Source: Bacteroidia bacterium
GTDB taxonomy: Bacteria; Bacteroidota; Bacteroidia; UBA4408
Length of the DNA: 64,000 nt
Assembly (NCBI GenBank): GCA_044374175.1
Contig: JBILPB010000002.1
Location: forward strand, 109-64,108
Direction of reading: 5' to 3'
Made by a program: the position numbers and the translations under genes. Of this stretch, positions 9,643 to 17,839 are shown one piece after another. Under the pieces are notes generated by a model. It saw only the letters and a list, made by a program, of their open reading frames with translations, made no database searches and was not told where the DNA came from. How positions within the stretch are numbered: the first letter of the stretch is position 1; each line of letters begins with the position of its first letter.

Positions 9643-9939
9643 TTAGCCTTGAGTTAATAGGCACAATGCATCTTCTGTGCATTCAACCTCGTGTATAATT
9701 CCAATGGGAATGTCTGTTTCATCAAACTGCAATAGTGTTTTATTTATATCGCCTTGCTTATAAATTACTACTCCACTTAATACGGTAAGTTTTGCCGCTA
9801 AGCTAGTTTTGTGTGCTTTTAAATGCATGCCTTTTTTAAACCCAATAGCCAGTACTTTAAAATGATCTCCTTTGTGTATGGCTTTTGCAACAGGGTTTTC
9901 AGCTGTTTGTAATTGATGTATTATTTCTTTGATGATCAT
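9643..9939 (-). CDS. Small cupin-fold protein.
   Basis: The protein is 98 aa, with G(D)H…H…G spacing typical of single-domain cupins (HKGDHFKVLAIGFKKGMHLKAHK). It overlaps the nosY stop by 4 bp. Confidence 0.45.
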   Translation of the reverse strand: MIIKEIIHQLQTAENPVAKAIHKGDHFKVLAIGFKKGMHLKAHKTSLAAKLTVLSGVVIYKQGDINKTLLQFDETDIPIGIIHEVECTEDALCLLTQG

Positions 9940-10703
9940 AAGTCCTTATTTTTAAATTTTTTAAGTGAGATAGAAAATGGAATAATTATCCAAAGAAGGA
10001 GTAGTAAAAAAGTAATTAATAAACCTAAATGAGTGCCAAAAAAATCTTTGAAAATAGCTCCAGTATATCCCAGCATGGCTGAAACATCTAATTGAAGTAA
10101 CATTAATATTCTTGACAAATCAATGGGACTAAGAGCAGTAATAATCACCATCATTTTTTCGATAGGATAATCACTAAATTGAAATAGTAAAAACAAAACT
10201 AAACCATCAAAAAGCAATGCAAAATACAACCACAATAAAATGGATGCACCAATTCCTTTGGCTTTATCACGGCTTAAAATGGAACTTAAAAATGCCAGAG
10301 ACACAAATATTATCGTAATAAATATACCTACCACAATCATGATGAAGGCTTTTGAAAAATCTGCAAAAACAAGTATTGGAATTCCTGCTCCCAATATAAA
10401 TGCAAAAGATAAACTAATAGCAAGCCCTGCAAATAAGCTATACCAGATTTTACTTCTTTTGATAGGTTGGCTAACCAACAATTCAATAAATTCACTGCTA
10501 TTATAAATATAGATAGTAGAAAACAATATTGAAACAAGTGGAACTGTCAGTAAAATGATATTTAATAAAGTTAGCAATCCTTTGGCAGCATTATCTTCTA
10601 AGCTAAAGGAACTCCATGAAAATAGTGCAATTAGAATTGTGTAAAAAATTACAATTTTGTTCTTTATGATATCTAAAATAACATATTTTAAAATCTTGTT
10701 CAT
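9936..10703 (-). CDS. nosY: ABC-2 type permease NosY (nitrous-oxide reductase maturation).
   Basis: The protein is 255 aa with 6 TM segments. It overlaps nosF by 4 bp. Its position and order match canonical nosDFY. Confidence 0.8.
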   Translation of the reverse strand: MNKILKYVILDIIKNKIVIFYTILIALFSWSSFSLEDNAAKGLLTLLNIILLTVPLVSILFSTIYIYNSSEFIELLVSQPIKRSKIWYSLFAGLAISLSFAFILGAGIPILVFADFSKAFIMIVVGIFITIIFVSLAFLSSILSRDKAKGIGASILLWLYFALLFDGLVLFLLFQFSDYPIEKMMVIITALSPIDLSRILMLLQLDVSAMLGYTGAIFKDFFGTHLGLLITFLLLLLWIIIPFSISLKKFKNKDL

Positions 10704-11410
10704 ACCGTTTTTTGTTTTAAGATATGAATAATGGCCTGAGAGATTTTGTCAACATGAGTCTCTTGCTTTAAGGCTTCAACACTTTTGTGAAAAACAAGCG
10801 CACCTTCCTGCATAAATATGATTTCACTCACCATATCGTCTAGTTCACTTAATAAATGCGATGTAATCAATATCAATTTACCTTTACTACGTTCTTTAAT
10901 TATTTTCTCCTTAAGAATTTCAGATGCCAATGGATCTAGGCCTGCAGTGGGTTCATCAAGTATCAATACATCGGGATTAAATAAAAAAGCAAGTGTAGCA
11001 CTTACTTTTTGAGTAGTGCCGCCACTCAGTGTATTCATATTTTTGTGAAGTAATTTTTCAATCTCGAATTGCTCATACAAATCCATGTCTAAGGTTTCAT
11101 TAGAATTGCGAATGGCTTTTACCATATTCATAATTTGCCCGATCGACATGTTTTCGGGATACCTTCCTATTTGTGGCATGTAGCCAATTTTGCTACGGTA
11201 AGCAATATCCTTAAATATGGATTTTTGCTGAAAAAATATTTCTCCTTTATTGGGTAAAACCATGCCTAAAATACACTTAATTAATGTTGTTTTACCACAG
11301 CCATTTGGGCCAATTAGGGCAATACACTCGCCATTTAATAAATGCAAATTAATATCATTTAGAACGCTGAGCTTTCCGAATTTTTTCTCTATTTCTTTGA
11401 TTTCAATCAT
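10700..11410 (-). CDS. nosF: ABC transporter ATP-binding protein NosF.
   Basis: Walker A is GPNGCGKTT, the signature is LSGGTTQKV, and Walker B is LILDEPTAGLD. The gene overlaps nosD by 4 bp. Confidence 0.85.
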   Translation of the reverse strand: MIEIKEIEKKFGKLSVLNDINLHLLNGECIALIGPNGCGKTTLIKCILGMVLPNKGEIFFQQKSIFKDIAYRSKIGYMPQIGRYPENMSIGQIMNMVKAIRNSNETLDMDLYEQFEIEKLLHKNMNTLSGGTTQKVSATLAFLFNPDVLILDEPTAGLDPLASEILKEKIIKERSKGKLILITSHLLSELDDMVSEIIFMQEGALVFHKSVEALKQETHVDKISQAIIHILKQKTV

Positions 11411-12645
11411 AATTTGATAGCATGCATTAATGGTTGCTTATCAATAAAATTATCGGGCGTTAAACTCGGTAAAACTTTTTCTGATTTATCGAGTAAGGTT
11501 ACCATAAAACTTCTGTAGAGTAACATGGCTGGTGGGTTTCCTTCAACAATTACAGCGTATAAACTTAATGGATGATAGGGTATATCACCAATTTTATTTT
11601 TATCTAAATCATAACCTTCATATTTATCCCAATAGTTTTCTCTAAATTCATTCAGCGTTAGGGTTCCATTGGTACTTACATCAAAAGTATTTCCCAAAAA
11701 ATTATTGTGTTCAATTATGTTTTCCATACAGTTGGCTTGAATTTTCATGCCCCAACCATTGGCTGCAAAAATATTTTTCTCTATTTTAATTCTATTGGTT
11801 CCATCCATAAAGATAGCAGAAGTGTTATTGCTAAAATGATTACCAGCCATGTAACAATCAGAAATTTCTTTTAATAGCATGCCATAGGCTGCATCTCCCC
11901 AATTCTCACGAAAAGTGTTATTCATCATGGTAATATGATTTGAAAACATTACAGCAACACCAGCCCCGTTATTGGTGAAACAATTTGTAAAATAGGCATC
12001 ATAATTAGAAAACATAAAGTGCAAACCATATCTAATATTATCGAATGATATATTCCGCCATATAACAGAGTTGGTCACAAATTCAAAATAAATACCATCT
12101 CTATTGCCTGATATTTTATTGCCAATAACTTGTATACTATCACTTTTCCAGCAGTGTACACCATTCCCTATTTCCTGTTCTTGTTTGCCAAATGAAATTA
12201 CCGTGTTGTTTTTAACAATGCATTTCGAACAATATTGTAAATAGATACCAAAAAAGTTGTCATACAATAAGTTTTCTTCAATAGTAACATTGCGGCTTTC
12301 ATATATTTTTATTCCTCCAGGATCATCAAGTGAAGCATAACTAGAATGTTGAATTTTAAAACCTTTAATAACTACATGACTCGCTTTAATGGAGATTACC
12401 TCATACTTTTTATCCCCATCAATTACAGGCAAGTTTTCGCCTAAAAAGCAAATAGATTTATTGATAAAGATATTGCCTTCTTTATACAAACCTTTAGTTA
12501 CAATTACTGTATCGCCATTATTTACATTCAGCAATGCAGATTTAATGGATGTATAATTACCTTGTTTTCCTACATAAATAGTTTTGGCCTGTATTGTTGG
12601 CACAAATAAAATTGAAAGGAAGATAAGATAATATTTGCTCATCAT
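11407..12645 (-). CDS. nosD: Periplasmic copper-binding beta-helix protein NosD.
   Basis: The protein is 412 aa and has a signal peptide. It carries repetitive parallel beta-helix (CASH/PbH1-like) segments that are N/G-rich, such as NNTxxxN…GIY. It sits between nosF and the NosL ORF. Confidence 0.8.
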   Translation of the reverse strand: MMSKYYLIFLSILFVPTIQAKTIYVGKQGNYTSIKSALLNVNNGDTVIVTKGLYKEGNIFINKSICFLGENLPVIDGDKKYEVISIKASHVVIKGFKIQHSSYASLDDPGGIKIYESRNVTIEENLLYDNFFGIYLQYCSKCIVKNNTVISFGKQEQEIGNGVHCWKSDSIQVIGNKISGNRDGIYFEFVTNSVIWRNISFDNIRYGLHFMFSNYDAYFTNCFTNNGAGVAVMFSNHITMMNNTFRENWGDAAYGMLLKEISDCYMAGNHFSNNTSAIFMDGTNRIKIEKNIFAANGWGMKIQANCMENIIEHNNFLGNTFDVSTNGTLTLNEFRENYWDKYEGYDLDKNKIGDIPYHPLSLYAVIVEGNPPAMLLYRSFMVTLLDKSEKVLPSLTPDNFIDKQPLMHAIKL

Positions 12646-12648
12646 TAG

Positions 12649-13665
12649 TTATTCGTTAATCTCATTCCATGTTTGCACCAAGGCATTTTGTTTTTTTGCA
12701 AAATCAATGGCTTTATCTTGATTTAAAAAAGCAGCAAAGTTACCACCCATTGGGCTTCTCAGATTTTCATTTTGTACATAAAAAGCTTTGCTGGCATCAA
12801 TCAATTGGTTCTTTTCAATATAGGCATTTACATAATACGATTGATAGATAACAGCTGTTTTTTCTTTTTTATAATTGAGCAGGCATTTTAGATCATCAAA
12901 TTTATAGCAACGCCCTTTCTGAGTAATCAATTCACCGCCAAATCGGCCATCGGAAATTGTCATAGCGCAATAATCACACTTGTCAACATTAAATTTGATG
13001 GGTTGAGAAGATGAATTATTGCATGAAGCCATTGAAAAACTTAGTATCATCATACCAATTTTAACAGCCTTATTTTTCTTTGCTAAAAGTTGCTTTAACA
13101 AATTAGTTTCTATTAAAACAGCAATAAGCATAAGCAATCCAGCTGCCACAAAAAGCCATCCCCCAATATCGGGTATTGAATAGGCACCAAAGTTGAGTAA
13201 TTGTTTAAACCCAATCAATGGAGGCTGATACGACATACCTGGCACTATAATAGCTGCACTTGGGTCGAGATTGTGGCCATAGTTGTATTCCCAGCGCCAA
13301 AAATCAATCATGGCAATTACGCCAAAACCAACAAAGGCCCAAAACGAAAAATATAATAGTTTTTTGCGTGCAACAAATAGGGTTATTAAAAATAGTACTG
13401 CAAAACAAGCTATGATATAAGGTAGTATAGTGAATTCAATAAAGTTTTCGGCATGTAATGTTTGCATTCCAATATAATGATTTAAGCCATTAATAATATC
13501 CACCTGACCACCAAGTTTATTGGCATGAATTTGCATCATTAATCCCTCTGGATACTGCGGTGCATCTAGCTCAATACGCCATAGCGGAACAAATATTGAA
13601 GTAACTAAAGCAATCGTACTGAGTACAAGTAACACCTTAGATTTAATTGAAATGCTGGTTATCAT
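12649..13665 (-). CDS. nosL: Single ORF that fuses a 4-TM membrane domain (aa 1-188) in frame to a NosL copper-chaperone lipoprotein-like domain (aa about 189-338).
   Basis: The C-terminal part reads KKNKAVKIGMMILSFSMASC, a lipoprotein-like n-region, h-region and Cys. It is followed by NosL-like FNVDKCDYCAMTISDGRFGGELITQKGRCYKFDDLKCLL. The N-terminal part has 4 predicted TM helices and no homology that I recognise. There is no stop codon between the two parts. An in-frame TTG at 13101 could start a stand-alone NosL. Confidence 0.6.
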   Translation of the reverse strand: MITSISIKSKVLLVLSTIALVTSIFVPLWRIELDAPQYPEGLMMQIHANKLGGQVDIINGLNHYIGMQTLHAENFIEFTILPYIIACFAVLFLITLFVARKKLLYFSFWAFVGFGVIAMIDFWRWEYNYGHNLDPSAAIIVPGMSYQPPLIGFKQLLNFGAYSIPDIGGWLFVAAGLLMLIAVLIETNLLKQLLAKKNKAVKIGMMILSFSMASCNNSSSQPIKFNVDKCDYCAMTISDGRFGGELITQKGRCYKFDDLKCLLNYKKEKTAVIYQSYYVNAYIEKNQLIDASKAFYVQNENLRSPMGGNFAAFLNQDKAIDFAKKQNALVQTWNEINE

Positions 13666-13683
13666 GATTTTTAATTATTAGGT

Positions 13684-13723
13684 AAAAAAAAGGAGCAGTT
13701 GGTAGTAACACCTTGCTGCTCCT
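13684..13723 (-). terminator. Intrinsic terminator or attenuator hairpin immediately downstream of nosZ.
   Basis: On the minus strand the sequence reads AAGGAGCAG(caaggtgttactaccaa)CTGCTCCTT followed by TTTTTTTT. That is a 9-bp stem followed by a U-run. It lies between the nosZ stop (13744) and the NosL-fusion start (13665). Confidence 0.45.
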
Positions 13724-13743
13724 TCCAATAATCAATTTATTTT

Positions 13744-15720
13744 TTATTTATTTTCTGCGATAGGCTTATTTAAACTAAAGCTGATAGGAACATTGCTACC
13801 TGCAGGAGATACGCGAACATATCCTTGCATTTCCTGATGTAAAGCGCTACAAAAATCAGTGCAATACATTGGGAAAATACCAGTACGATCTGGCGTCCAT
13901 TTTAAGGTACAAGTTTCTCCTGGCATAATCAGCAATTCGGCATTATTAGCACCTTTGATGGCAAATCCATGCGGTACATCCCAATCTTGCTCAAGATTCG
14001 TAACATGGAAATAAACTTCATCGCCCATTTTAACACCTTCAATGTTATCTGGCGCAAAGTGTGAGCGAATAGAAGTCATATATACATGAATTTTATTACC
14101 TTGACGAACAACCTTCGATTCCGCTTCTCCATTTGTTTTATAGGGATGTTTATTTTCTGCTATTTTGTAAATTTTTAATTGACCATTATTTCTTATCAAT
14201 TCAGCAGGCGCAGCTTGTGCATAATGCGGTTCACCAATAGTTGGGAAATCAAGTATCATTTGCATTTTATCACCACTGATATCAAAAATTTGAGCGCTCT
14301 GTGTAAGCTCTGGACCAGTAGGTAAATACCTATCTTTTGTAATTTTATTATATGCAATTAAATATTTACCCCAAGGCTTCACTGTGTTTCCACCTGGTAT
14401 ACAAAGGTGACCAACAGAATAATAAGTTGGCGCTCTGTCTAACACTTTTAAATCTTTGATATTCCATTTTACAATTTCTGATGAAACAAAGAATGAAGTA
14501 TAAGCGTTTCCATTAGCATCAAACTCGGTATGCAGCGGCCCTAATCCTGGCTTTTTAACTTCGCCATAAAGTGCGGCTTCGTATTTAATTACAGGAATAC
14601 CTTCATAGTCTCCATCATAAGATTTATCGGCAATTGCTTTTTGGATTTTATCATAACTAAATACAGGTATCAAAGCAGCCAATTTTCCACTACCAACAAT
14701 GTACTCGCCTGTTGGATCAACATCGCAACCATGCGGTGATTTTGGACAAGGAATAAAATAGCAGATATCTTTAAATTCAGCAATATCTAAAACCAATACT
14801 TCTTTCTCTATGGTTGAAGTAGCAGTTTGTGTGCTCTCATTAAATACATTATGAGCATATTTTACAGTCGTTTTTTTCCCTTGTCCAGCCTTAACATATT
14901 CTTCAGCTTTTTTCCAATTCACTGCCATAATAAAATCTTTATCACGTTGTGATGCATTCACTTCTAACAAGGTACTTGCTTGCTCCGTATTATAACACGA
15001 AAAGAAAAACCAGCCGTGGGATTTACCTTTACCAGCGCGGGCCAAGTCAAAGTTTACACCTGGTGTTCTTAATTGAAATGCAATTTTCATTTCGCCAGTT
15101 TCAGGCGCAATACTTACAAAACTGATATGACCTTTAAAGTTTTGCTTATACGTATTTATGGCAACATCACCATTGTCGCTATCGCCTGGTACACTAAATC
15201 TTGTACCAGCAACAATATATTCTGAATTTTCTGTGCCAAACGGAGAACTATGATTGCCACCACTGTTTGGCAATTCAAGTATTTCGGCAGTGCGAAAAGT
15301 TTTTAAATCTATACGGGCTAAGCGAGGCGTATTATTGGCATTAGCAAAGGCCCATTTGCCATTTTGTTCGCCTTTTGTTTGAGAAAGTTCAATATGATGT
15401 AAATCGTCCCAAGGCACAAATCCATGTGAAGTGTTTAACATAGGTTTAGTTTCTTCATTGTATCCCCATCCTTTTTCCGGATCAACTGAAAAAACAGGAA
15501 TGTATCTGAACAATCTACCGCTAGGCAAACCGTAAACGCTCATTTGACCACTAAAGCCACCTGAAACAAAATTATAAAATTCATCATATTTACCTGGAGC
15601 TACATAAGCTTTTGCAGCAGCATTGCCACTAACTGCATTGCTGGTGTTTTTAGGTTTACATGAATACATGCTGGAGGCTAAGCCAACAGCTGCAATTAAA
15701 GTGAGATTTGAAATTTTCAT
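13744..15720 (-). CDS. nosZ: Nitrous-oxide reductase NosZ, Sec/lipoprotein-type (clade II).
   Basis: The protein is 658 aa. A Sec/lipobox signal (…GLASSMYSC) is present and no twin-arginine motif is present. The N-terminal seven-bladed propeller carries CuZ His ligands. The C-terminal cupredoxin has the CuA motif HGF…CTDFCSALHQEM. Confidence 0.95.
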   Translation of the reverse strand: MKISNLTLIAAVGLASSMYSCKPKNTSNAVSGNAAAKAYVAPGKYDEFYNFVSGGFSGQMSVYGLPSGRLFRYIPVFSVDPEKGWGYNEETKPMLNTSHGFVPWDDLHHIELSQTKGEQNGKWAFANANNTPRLARIDLKTFRTAEILELPNSGGNHSSPFGTENSEYIVAGTRFSVPGDSDNGDVAINTYKQNFKGHISFVSIAPETGEMKIAFQLRTPGVNFDLARAGKGKSHGWFFFSCYNTEQASTLLEVNASQRDKDFIMAVNWKKAEEYVKAGQGKKTTVKYAHNVFNESTQTATSTIEKEVLVLDIAEFKDICYFIPCPKSPHGCDVDPTGEYIVGSGKLAALIPVFSYDKIQKAIADKSYDGDYEGIPVIKYEAALYGEVKKPGLGPLHTEFDANGNAYTSFFVSSEIVKWNIKDLKVLDRAPTYYSVGHLCIPGGNTVKPWGKYLIAYNKITKDRYLPTGPELTQSAQIFDISGDKMQMILDFPTIGEPHYAQAAPAELIRNNGQLKIYKIAENKHPYKTNGEAESKVVRQGNKIHVYMTSIRSHFAPDNIEGVKMGDEVYFHVTNLEQDWDVPHGFAIKGANNAELLIMPGETCTLKWTPDRTGIFPMYCTDFCSALHQEMQGYVRVSPAGSNVPISFSLNKPIAENK

Positions 15721-15732
15721 GATTATTATTAT

Positions 15733-16215
15733 TTATTTTGAACTATCATTTTTGCGCATAAATTCTACTATTTGCCTAGCATCTTCATCGGCCAAACTTT
15801 GATTTGGCATACGTACTAAACACAATTCTAATTGTGCTTGAACTTCTGGGTCTTTGTCAATCATGGGGTCTGGATTGGTGATGAAATTCATAATCCAATG
15901 TGCCGTTTTTCTAGTGGTTACGCCCTTCCATCCTGGACCTACTAATTTTTCATCCGTTAGTTTATGACAAGAAGTGCATTTAGTTCCGGAAATTGCCTCA
16001 CCTTTTGCTGCCATAGCCTCGTCCAAAGGGCCTAATTTTACATTACTCTCATCAAATTTGCCTTCACCTCTTTTAGGATCATAGTCTGGTACATTACTTT
16101 CTGGTCCAGTAGCTGTTGGTGATTGAGAATTCTCTTCTTGTTTTTTTGTTTCGCCACCGCAGCTTAAAATCAGTGCCGAAATTAATACTGCTGTTAATAA
16201 TGCTAATTTTTTCAT
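15733..16215 (-). CDS. Mono-haem c-type cytochrome lipoprotein, the likely electron donor to NosZ.
   Basis: The protein is 160 aa. The lipoprotein signal is …LILSCGG and there is a single CxxCH (KCTSCHK). It lies 12 bp upstream of nosZ, the typical position for the clade II cytochrome c (nosC). Confidence 0.8.
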   Translation of the reverse strand: MKKLALLTAVLISALILSCGGETKKQEENSQSPTATGPESNVPDYDPKRGEGKFDESNVKLGPLDEAMAAKGEAISGTKCTSCHKLTDEKLVGPGWKGVTTRKTAHWIMNFITNPDPMIDKDPEVQAQLELCLVRMPNQSLADEDARQIVEFMRKNDSSK

Positions 16216-16284
16216 AGGTATAATTTTGACACAAAACTACATCCTAAAATTCCTTAGACTTATGACTCAAATCATAACAAATTA

Positions 16285-16298
16285 ATGATTCTTATCAT
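16285..16298. promoter_or_regulatory. FNR/Dnr-type box ATGATTCTTATCAT, centred about 76 bp upstream of the cytochrome-c/nosZ operon start.
   Basis: The palindrome was read directly. It has the same ATGAT-N4-ATCAT half-sites as the site at 7200..7213. FNR/Dnr/NnrR boxes are a known feature of nos promoters. Confidence 0.4.
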
Positions 16299-16326
16299 GG
16301 ATTCTTGCGTAAAATATTGGTGTGAA

Positions 16327-16342
16327 AGTTGAAGAATCAACT
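16327..16342. promoter_or_regulatory. Perfect 16-bp palindrome AGTTGAAGAATCAACT of unknown function.
   Basis: It has 6-bp arms and a 4-bp spacer. It lies about 112 bp upstream of the cytochrome-c start and about 70 bp downstream of the rSAM gene stop. The TTGA-N4-TCAA spacing is 2 bp shorter than a canonical FNR box. Confidence 0.25.
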
Positions 16343-16410
16343 TGTGTATATACAAAAATGCCTAAGACATATATATAAGAGCACTAAACAGAGTTTTTTG
16401 AAAGGTTTAT

Positions 16411-17499
16411 TTAGCCCGCATAAGCACTGCAACACCTTGTGCATGAAGGAAACAAACCACCTGCTTTTAGAAGGTCTTTTCTTAGGTTTTGTACCACTTC
16501 TGCATTCCAAATTTCTTTGAGTGACTGTTGATAAATATTACCAGCTTTAATATTATAGCAGCGGCTGTGCGCTGGAATTACAGAACCATCAGATTTAATC
16601 ATGATATGGTTAAATGCATCAGTACAAAGTTTGCCAAATTTGATTTCGGGGTGGTGGTAATAATTTTGCAATTGTTCTAAACTGTTTATTTCGGGCTGAA
16701 ATCGAACAGGAAACTTTAATTCCATTTTTTTGATGGCTGTAATTTCCTCGAAAAGCAAGGGTAAATTATAAGCGTTAAAATTTAATTCATCAATATTGCT
16801 TGAAGTTGCAAAGTATTTATGGCCAAATATTTTATTGTGTTCATCAGCTTGTTCTGTCGTGTTGAAGACCGTATGCATAAAGCCTACCTGATGCAAATGA
16901 AATTGTTTTAACTGATTTAGAAATGCTGTTAAATGACCAATATTCCATTCGGTAATAGCACAAAAAACGGAAACTTTTATCTTGTTGTTTTTATTACTAT
17001 AAATTTTTTCGATACCAATTAAAGCTTTTTCAAATGATTGTTTGTTACCTCTTATAACATTGTGAATTTCAGCTGGACCATCAAGCGAAATACATAATTC
17101 ATTTAATCCTGCATCAATTAAATCATCGGCCTGCTTGCCTAATTGCAGTGCATTGGTGGTAATAGATGTATAAATATTTTTTTTGTTTGCATACTGTAAG
17201 CTTTCTATTAAAAAAGGATATACACTTGGCTCAGTAAAAGCATAACCTAATTTAGTGCTTGGATAATATTCATGTACTTCATCTATTATTTTTAAAATTA
17301 ATTCCTTGGGCATATTGATAGGATGCGTTCCCACCATGTGATCGTAAAAATTACTTTGTGTGTTTTTTGTGCCAACATCACACATTTTGCAATGTAAATT
17401 ACAAATATTATTTACGCCTAAAATAATCCATTGTGGTGCATAAAACAAGTGCTGAGGATAAGCCATAATATTGGCCTTTTTTAAATAGTTTTTTATCAT
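16411..17499 (-). CDS. Radical SAM enzyme with a C-terminal SPASM/twitch-type auxiliary Fe-S domain.
   Basis: The protein is 362 aa. The CxxxCxxC motif is at aa 33-40 (CNLHCKMC). The C-terminal Cys-rich region reads CTDAFNHIMIKSDGSVIPAHSRCYNIKAGNIYQQSL…FPSCTRCCSAYAG, a SPASM-like C-x21-C … CxxCC arrangement. Confidence 0.8.
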   Translation of the reverse strand: MIKNYLKKANIMAYPQHLFYAPQWIILGVNNICNLHCKMCDVGTKNTQSNFYDHMVGTHPINMPKELILKIIDEVHEYYPSTKLGYAFTEPSVYPFLIESLQYANKKNIYTSITTNALQLGKQADDLIDAGLNELCISLDGPAEIHNVIRGNKQSFEKALIGIEKIYSNKNNKIKVSVFCAITEWNIGHLTAFLNQLKQFHLHQVGFMHTVFNTTEQADEHNKIFGHKYFATSSNIDELNFNAYNLPLLFEEITAIKKMELKFPVRFQPEINSLEQLQNYYHHPEIKFGKLCTDAFNHIMIKSDGSVIPAHSRCYNIKAGNIYQQSLKEIWNAEVVQNLRKDLLKAGGLFPSCTRCCSAYAG

Positions 17500-17667
17500 C
17501 AGTACGCTTGAATTGTTATTTATTTTTATCGATTTAGATACTCAACTTGATTTTCAAAAGTAATATTATTATTTTAAAATGGTCAAACGAAATTTCTGGC
17601 TGCATTATAAAAATACTATTCCTAATTACAGCTATGCTTCAGTTTGAATGAATTTATTTTAATTGAT

Positions 17668-17775
17668 TTATTGTATCAAAACGCTCAGACTTAATTCTTC
17701 TACATAATCGCAAAAGGGATGGAAGCTAGGTACCACGTACCTCGAACAGCCCGGCCTGCATGCTAATTTTAGCAT
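17668..17775 (-). other. Short ORF of 35 codons (MLKLACRPGCSRYVVPSFHPFCDYVEELSLSVLIQ). It sits in a locally GC-rich, palindrome-rich island between the ABC ATPase and the rSAM gene. It could be a precursor peptide or a structured RNA.
   Basis: I translated it by hand from the minus strand. It has Cys at positions 6, 10 and 22. The start codon lies inside the perfect palindrome CATGCTAATTTTAGCATG (17758..17775). The adjacent hairpin AGGTACcacGTACCT is at 17727..17741. The island, about 17715..17760, is roughly 60% GC against a background of roughly 35%. Confidence 0.15.
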
Positions 17776-17839
17776 GTTGGATTTGCCCAAAAAGAGAATA
17801 CTCTATTTTTTACCATCAAAAGAAGGAGCAACTTATTTT

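Noticed and set aside
16329-16520. Tracked 63-aa plus-strand ORF.
   Set aside because: It overlaps the 3' end of the rSAM gene on the opposite strand and the palindromic intergenic region. It has no supporting features.
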